41,183 bases of DNA from Octopus bimaculoides (lineage: Eukaryota). Position numbers and translations under genes: made by a program. The notes under the pieces were generated by a model that saw nothing but the letters and a program-made list of their open reading frames with translations, made no database searches and was not told where the DNA came from. The stretch covers positions 105,297,598 to 105,338,780 of the forward strand of contig NC_068983.1 of the NCBI RefSeq assembly GCF_001194135.2, given 5' to 3'. Below are positions 35,723-41,183 of the stretch, in pieces (positions within the stretch are counted from its first letter, which is position 1; every line of letters begins with the position of its first letter).

Positions 35723-37576
35723 GTGGGAGAATGTACGAAAAAACAACAACAGACGAGGACAGGTGGTGTAAATACATATATACATTTGCACATAAACATA
35801 TATATATGTATATTTATATGTATGTATGTATGTATGTATGCATGTATGTATGTATGGTGATGCATGTTTCATGTTTGCATTTATGAATATCAACGAATCT
35901 GCAGATCTGTGAGATGAGCTTATTGAATCAGTGGTACATTGAACCAACATACTCGTATTTCAAACCCCTAACTACAGCTATATCAATTTCCTTTATCCGT
36001 TAAATATTTCTCTGGGTCACCGGGAAAAACTTTAATAAGATACTGTAAGGTTTAATACACTTTATACAGTTTATCCATATTAATTGACATGTAATTAATA
36101 TGCTAGCATTTTGACACAATTGTGGTGGAGGAGGTGAGTCGGTTACATCGACTCCAGTGATCAGCCAGTACTTATTTTATCGACTCCTAAATGATGAACG
36201 GTAAAGACTCAAAAAGACGAGGTGGTCACGAATGAAATGCCTTTAATCGTAGGACCTTTCAGTAACAACAACAACAACAATTTGCGAATTTGACGATTGA
36301 TGTAAAGATTGCAATAAGCCTTCACCCAACTGAGTGTGGTATTCTGGTTTCGAATCTCAATCGTAGTTATTTATCTCCACGACACAACGTGTCCTGATAC
36401 TTGAAGTCAAATACAGAGTGGACCAAATTTCACGCACTAAAACATTTGCCATTTTACTTATATTACATTATTATTAATGTTATGCATTTTATTCGTCATG
36501 TGCAAGTACGCGTATGTTCCGCCTTAGCAAAGGTAAGGTATTGTTTTCAGTCGTGTTTGTTTCTTTATTTGTTTGCTTATCCGTGGACAAGATATCTGAT
36601 TTATTCAATTTTAGAAAAATTGAAATTGAAGCATGTCTTTGACAATTCCGGAGCGTATCGAACTTATTCTGTGCGTGACTTTTGGCCCACCCTGCATAGC
36701 ATTGTTTAATAACGTTGATAAAGAAGGATATACATTTATTTATCTTACAAATGCGTGAGGTGAATAACTACTTATCCTTTTATTTATACCCTTGTAATGT
36801 TATCTGATACTTTAGTTTCATCAAAGATCTAAAGTCACTGCTGCATATAACGAGGTTAGATTGGCGGACGGTAATTCTCGTCTGACAACTATCTATCCTT
36901 TAACTGAAGAATAAGAGAATATTGTTTTTGTTTCGTTATTTTATTTTGTTTTGCTTATATCACTTCAATGGGTGAAAACATTCTTTTAGTTTTCATTCAA
37001 CTTCAAAGTAACACTGCCAATACCGCTCCCTTCACATTTTCGTAACTGTAATTTTCGTTTCAATGTTTGTTTGTTTTTTTTAGGGGGGGGGGCTTTTTTT
37101 CGTTCACATTCATTTTCACCTCAAAAGATTCACAACGAAAATTATTCCATTTGGTATCTTTCGTGATTGTGTTCTTAACAAGTGATCTGTGTCAGTTTCA
37201 CAGACACGGAAGGTAGATACGCAAATAGCAGACATACATACAGACCTATAAATGAATGTGTAAATATACACGTATATATGCTTATATATATATATGTATG
37301 TGTGTGAGTGTGTGTGAGTGTTTATATATATATATATATATGTACATATGAATGTATATATTTGTATATGTGTGTATACATACATACATACATACATACA
37401 CACCAGAATATATCTACTTAAAAATTCAATTGCTCCCAAGTATCCGCTCGTTAAGCAATGGATCGTCAAGTCAGATCCAAATATACATCTTCTTGTAGTA
37501 ATAATATTGTATATGCATCTACGTGCGTTTTGACGTTCAGACTTTTCATTTGTAGTCATATGCAGTGCACACATGT

Positions 37577-37963
37577 GTTGTGTTGGCACTCCGTCGCTTA
37601 CGACGACGAGGGTTCCAGTTGATCCGATCAACGGAACAGCCTGCTCGTGAAATTAACGTGCAAGTGGCTGAGCACTCCACATACACGTGTACCCTTAACG
37701 TAGTTCTCGGGGATATTCAGCGTGACACAGTGTGACAAGGCTGACCCTTTGAATTGCAGGCACAACAGAAACAGGAAGTAAGAGTGAGAGAAAGCTGTGG
37801 TGAAAGAGTACAGCAGGGTTCGCCACCATCCCCTGCCAGAGCCTCGTGGAGCTTTTTAGGTGTTTTCGCTCAATAAACACTCACAACGCCCGGTCTGGGA
37901 ATCGAAACCGCGATCCTATGACCGCGAGTCCGCTGCTCTAACCACTGGGTCATTGCGCCTCCA
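37577..37963 (-). mobile_element. SINE family C, full length with 14-bp TSD
   Basis: Reverse complement of 8845-9227; TSD CAGTGCACACATGT at 37563-37576 and 37964-37977. Confidence 0.92.
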
Positions 37964-38335
37964 CAGTGCACACATGTACACAACAAGCATAATGAAAAAA
38001 AAAATTAACACAACTGCACATAATCACTTGAAGTGTACCGATACATCAACATATGCACGTACGCATACATAGAAGTAGTCGCAATCACGGATTTATTTGT
38101 AGCGCGAACATTTAAATAATTTAAAGTAGAGTTTTGATTACTTTTGAAATTGCAACTAGGCACATAGTATATTCACCTATTATATATCGCAGAAAATGGA
38201 TCAGTATCAGAATAGAGTAATTTGAAATATGGACTTTCCAGTACAATATTGCAATGATAGTCAAATGGCAGAGGCAGACTCTACAAAAGATTGGATTATA
38301 ATTTACTACTACTACTACTACTACAACAAATAACA

Positions 38336-38555
38336 ATAATAATGGTTTCAAATTTTGGTACAAGGCCAGCAATTTCGGGGGGGGGGGGCTAAATAGTTTA
38401 CATCAACCCTAGTACTCAGTTGGTACTTATCGACTCCAATAGAATGAAAAGCAAAGTCGACCTCAGCGGAATTTGAACACAGAACATAAAGACGGACGAA
38501 GTTGCCGCTAAGCATTTTGCTCGGTGTGCTAAAGACTCTACCAACTCGCCGCTCT
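38336..38555 (-). mobile_element. SINE family B
   Basis: Reverse-complement match to 16275-16500. Confidence 0.85.
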
Positions 38556-38589
38556 AATAATAATGATAATAATAATGCAGTACCAGGCA

Positions 38590-39092
38590 GTAGCTCTTAT
38601 GGATTATTATCTTAACTGATTGCAAGTGTTATCATGTACATTGTTTTGTCTTGGTATAAAAGATGGGCTACAGCAAATATCCTGCTCAATACCACAGATT
38701 TGCTTGTCAGTTGCTTAACCTTAACCAGTTGAGCATATCCCTTAGTGGCTGACGACATGTGCATCTCTGATCACGAGCAGAAGTAGTGGCGGGAGGCATC
38801 ATAGCCATGTGTTGAGAGGAATTCTTTGGGGTTTGAATAATTCTGGAAACATGAGTGTTTCGTTCAACATCTTTAAATAACCCTTATTCAGGGACCTTTT
38901 GAGCGGGATGGGCTACTCGACCTGAAGAAAATTCTAACTGGGCCCCACCTACGAGATCAACCTGTCGCGCACATATGGTTGTGATGCATGTGCCTAGTGT
39001 ACACTTAGCAGACGGGTAGTCATGATGAGTATACTGGGCTTCGTATATTTAACTCCACAGTCACTTTGACTGCATGCACCACTCTCTCACTC

Positions 39093-39126
<34 letters not shown>
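38590..39126 (+). mobile_element. Probable 3' UTR/end of a non-LTR retrotransposon ending in an (AAT)n tail
   Basis: ~500 bp of complex non-coding sequence flanked by AAT repeats on both sides and ending CTCTCTCACTC-(AAT)n; family assignment is inference. Confidence 0.45.
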
Positions 39127-39165
<39 letters not shown>

Positions 39166-39329
39166 GTAATGGTGGTAATAGTAATAATAATACANNNNNN
39201 NNNNATGATGATGATGATGATGATGGTAATGGTGGTAATAGTAATAATAATACATACGTACGTACATACATACACACATACGTACATACATACATACATA
39301 CATACATACATACATACACAAAGGTACCT

Positions 39330-39850
39330 GCTCAGTAGTCAAAGTAAACGGTCATCTAAAGGAACCACTTCGCATAGCACGCTCGGCCTGTGAGGGCTAC
39401 CCGTTGTAGCCTCCTTCTGTACGTGCTGTCTCTCGAACTACAGCTGAGGAAGCTGGAATAGTTGAGGGGCATCCGTTTCGAACTAGGACACGAGAGGGCA
39501 GTGTGGGTGTACACGGACGACGTCACCATCATGGTGTCGGACGCCTCCGAAGTGAAGACGGTCGTATCATTCTAAAAGAATAGGAGTCAGTTGCAAGAGC
39601 CAAAATTAACGCTGACAAGTCAACGCAACTGGGCACCTGGAGAGGCATATCGTTGACGTCGGATGCTGGACTGATGGACCAGTTAAACTGCTCGGGGTCT
39701 GGTTCAGTCCCGACCTCCAAGTGAGTAAAAATTGGGACTACGTGATGAACAGGGTGGCCGGTCTTACCCAGAAATGGGCAGATAAGAAGATGTCCTTTAA
39801 AGATCGGGAAGAGATGGCGAGCGCCTATATCTCCAGTCATTTGTCTATAT
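39330..39850 (+). pseudogene. Decayed L1/Tx1-clade LINE reverse transcriptase fragment
   Basis: GC-rich island reading VKVNGHLKEPLRIARS...LLYVLSLE...VYTDDVTIMV...AKINADKS...WTDGPVKLLGVWFSPDLQVSKNW, with frameshifts and stops (YADD-like YTDD). Confidence 0.8.
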
Positions 39851-39884
39851 CTTTGCCGCTATCATTATTATTATTATTATTATT

Positions 39885-39939
<55 letters not shown>

Positions 39940-39940
<1 letters not shown>

Positions 39941-40107
39941 ATTTTGCCCGTCGCTATGTTCTGAGTTCAAATTCCGCTGAGGTCGATTTTGCCTTTCATC
40001 CTTTTGGGGTCGGCAAAATAAGCACCAGTGATACACTGTGTTCGATGTAATCGACTAGACCCCTCCCCCAAAATTTCAAGCCTTGTGCCTATAGTAGAAA
40101 GGATTAT
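39940..40107 (+). mobile_element. SINE family B, 5'-truncated
   Basis: B-box GAGTTCAAATTCC and 3' body matching 16350-16500 and 16720-16850. Confidence 0.85.
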
Positions 40108-40675
40108 NNNNNNNNNNNNNNNNNNNNNNNNNNNNNNNNNNNNNNNNNNNNNNNNNNNNNNNNNNNNNNNNNNNNNNNNNNNNNNNNNNNNNNNNNNNNN
40201 NNNNNNNNNNNNNNNNNNNNNNNNNNNNNNNNNNNNNNNNNNNNNNNNNNNNNNNNNNNNNNNNNNNNNNNNNNNNNNNNNNNNNNNNNNNNNNNNNNNN
40301 NNNNNNNNNNNNNNNNNNNNNNNNNNNNNNNNNNNNNNNNNNNNNNNNNNNNNNNNNNNNNNNNNNNNNNNNNNNNNNNNNNNNNNNNNNNNNNNNNNNN
40401 NNNNNNNNNNNNNNNNNNNNNNNNNNNNNNNNNNNNNNNNNNNNNNNNNNNNNNNNNNNNNNNNNNNNNNNNNNNNNNNNNNNNNNNNNNNNNNNNNNNN
40501 NNNNNNNNNNNNNNNNNNNNNNNNNNNNNNNNNNNNNNNNNNNNNNNNNNNNNNNNNNNNNNNNNNNNNNNNNNNNNNNNNNNNNNNNNNNNNNNNNNNN
40601 NNNNNNNNNNNNNNNNNNNNNNNNNNNNNNNNNNNNNNNNNNNNNNNNNNNNNNNNNNNNNNNNNNNNNNNNNNN

Positions 40676-40707
<32 letters not shown>

Positions 40708-40714
40708 TAGATAG

Positions 40715-40747
<33 letters not shown>

Positions 40748-41183
40748 AAGAAAGATACATACATACATACATACATACATACATACATACATACATGCAT
40801 AAGCGTATGTATGCATATATGTGTCTGTCTATCTACATGTGCTTGTATGCATGTATGTATACATGCATGTTTGTATGTATGCGTGTATGTGTATATGAAT
40901 GTATACATTAGAGAAATAACAGATCGCTTTATATCTACATTAAGAGCTCATATATCACATATCAAGCAACTCCCAGACTGATACTTCGGTCGTTGGACGA
41001 AAACAAGGCTGAGACAGCCAACAAATTCCCGCACGTACCTTATAAATATATGGTAAATAAGGAACGAGAAAATTTCACGAAGGTCAGAGTTGATAAAAAG
41101 TGGGTGTGTGGAGACTTAATACACACACATACATATATGTATATACAAATGGACATATATTATATATATATATATATATATAT

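Noticed and set aside
36300-36400. Minus-strand TLSWVKAY resembling the RNase H WVKAH motif
   Set aside because: Only ~6 residues match, and the flanking motifs (GNE.AD) are not recoverable.
39130-39255. Apparent tandem duplication around the 10-N gap
   Set aside because: Identical sequence either side of a nominal gap is typical of an unmerged contig overlap.
1-41183. Long ORFs in the ORF track (e.g. 3589-4725, 22113-23030, 26325-27578, 39967-40908)
   Set aside because: They are translations of microsatellites and N gaps (poly-X, SLSL, YIYI, CVCV, HTHT), not genes.

Overview
Eukaryotic, AT-rich and extremely repeat-dense window. The SINE and microsatellite landscape suggests a cephalopod (octopus-like) genome; this is inference. 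About 11% is N, in 12 assembly gaps that mostly fall inside microsatellites. No intact protein-coding gene is recognisable, and nearly all ORF-track entries are microsatellite or N translations. Supported content: at least 4 tRNA-derived SINE families, several copies with target-site duplications (TSDs); a full-length but inactivated DD41D (rosa-type) Tc1/mariner element; decayed Penelope-like (RT and GIY-YIG), R4/Dong-like and Tx1/L1-like retrotransposon fragments; two MITE-like inverted-repeat elements with nested SINEs; and a few weak candidate exons. Most interesting: (1) type I hammerhead ribozyme motifs, one nearly canonical at 7385-7454; (2) a 3-kb array of AP-1-site-bearing 27-mers with a higher-order architecture (GAY-rich block, forward units, inverted units); (3) an inverted duplication with ~2-kb arms around a Penelope RT fragment, with hammerhead-like motifs at the outer ends.
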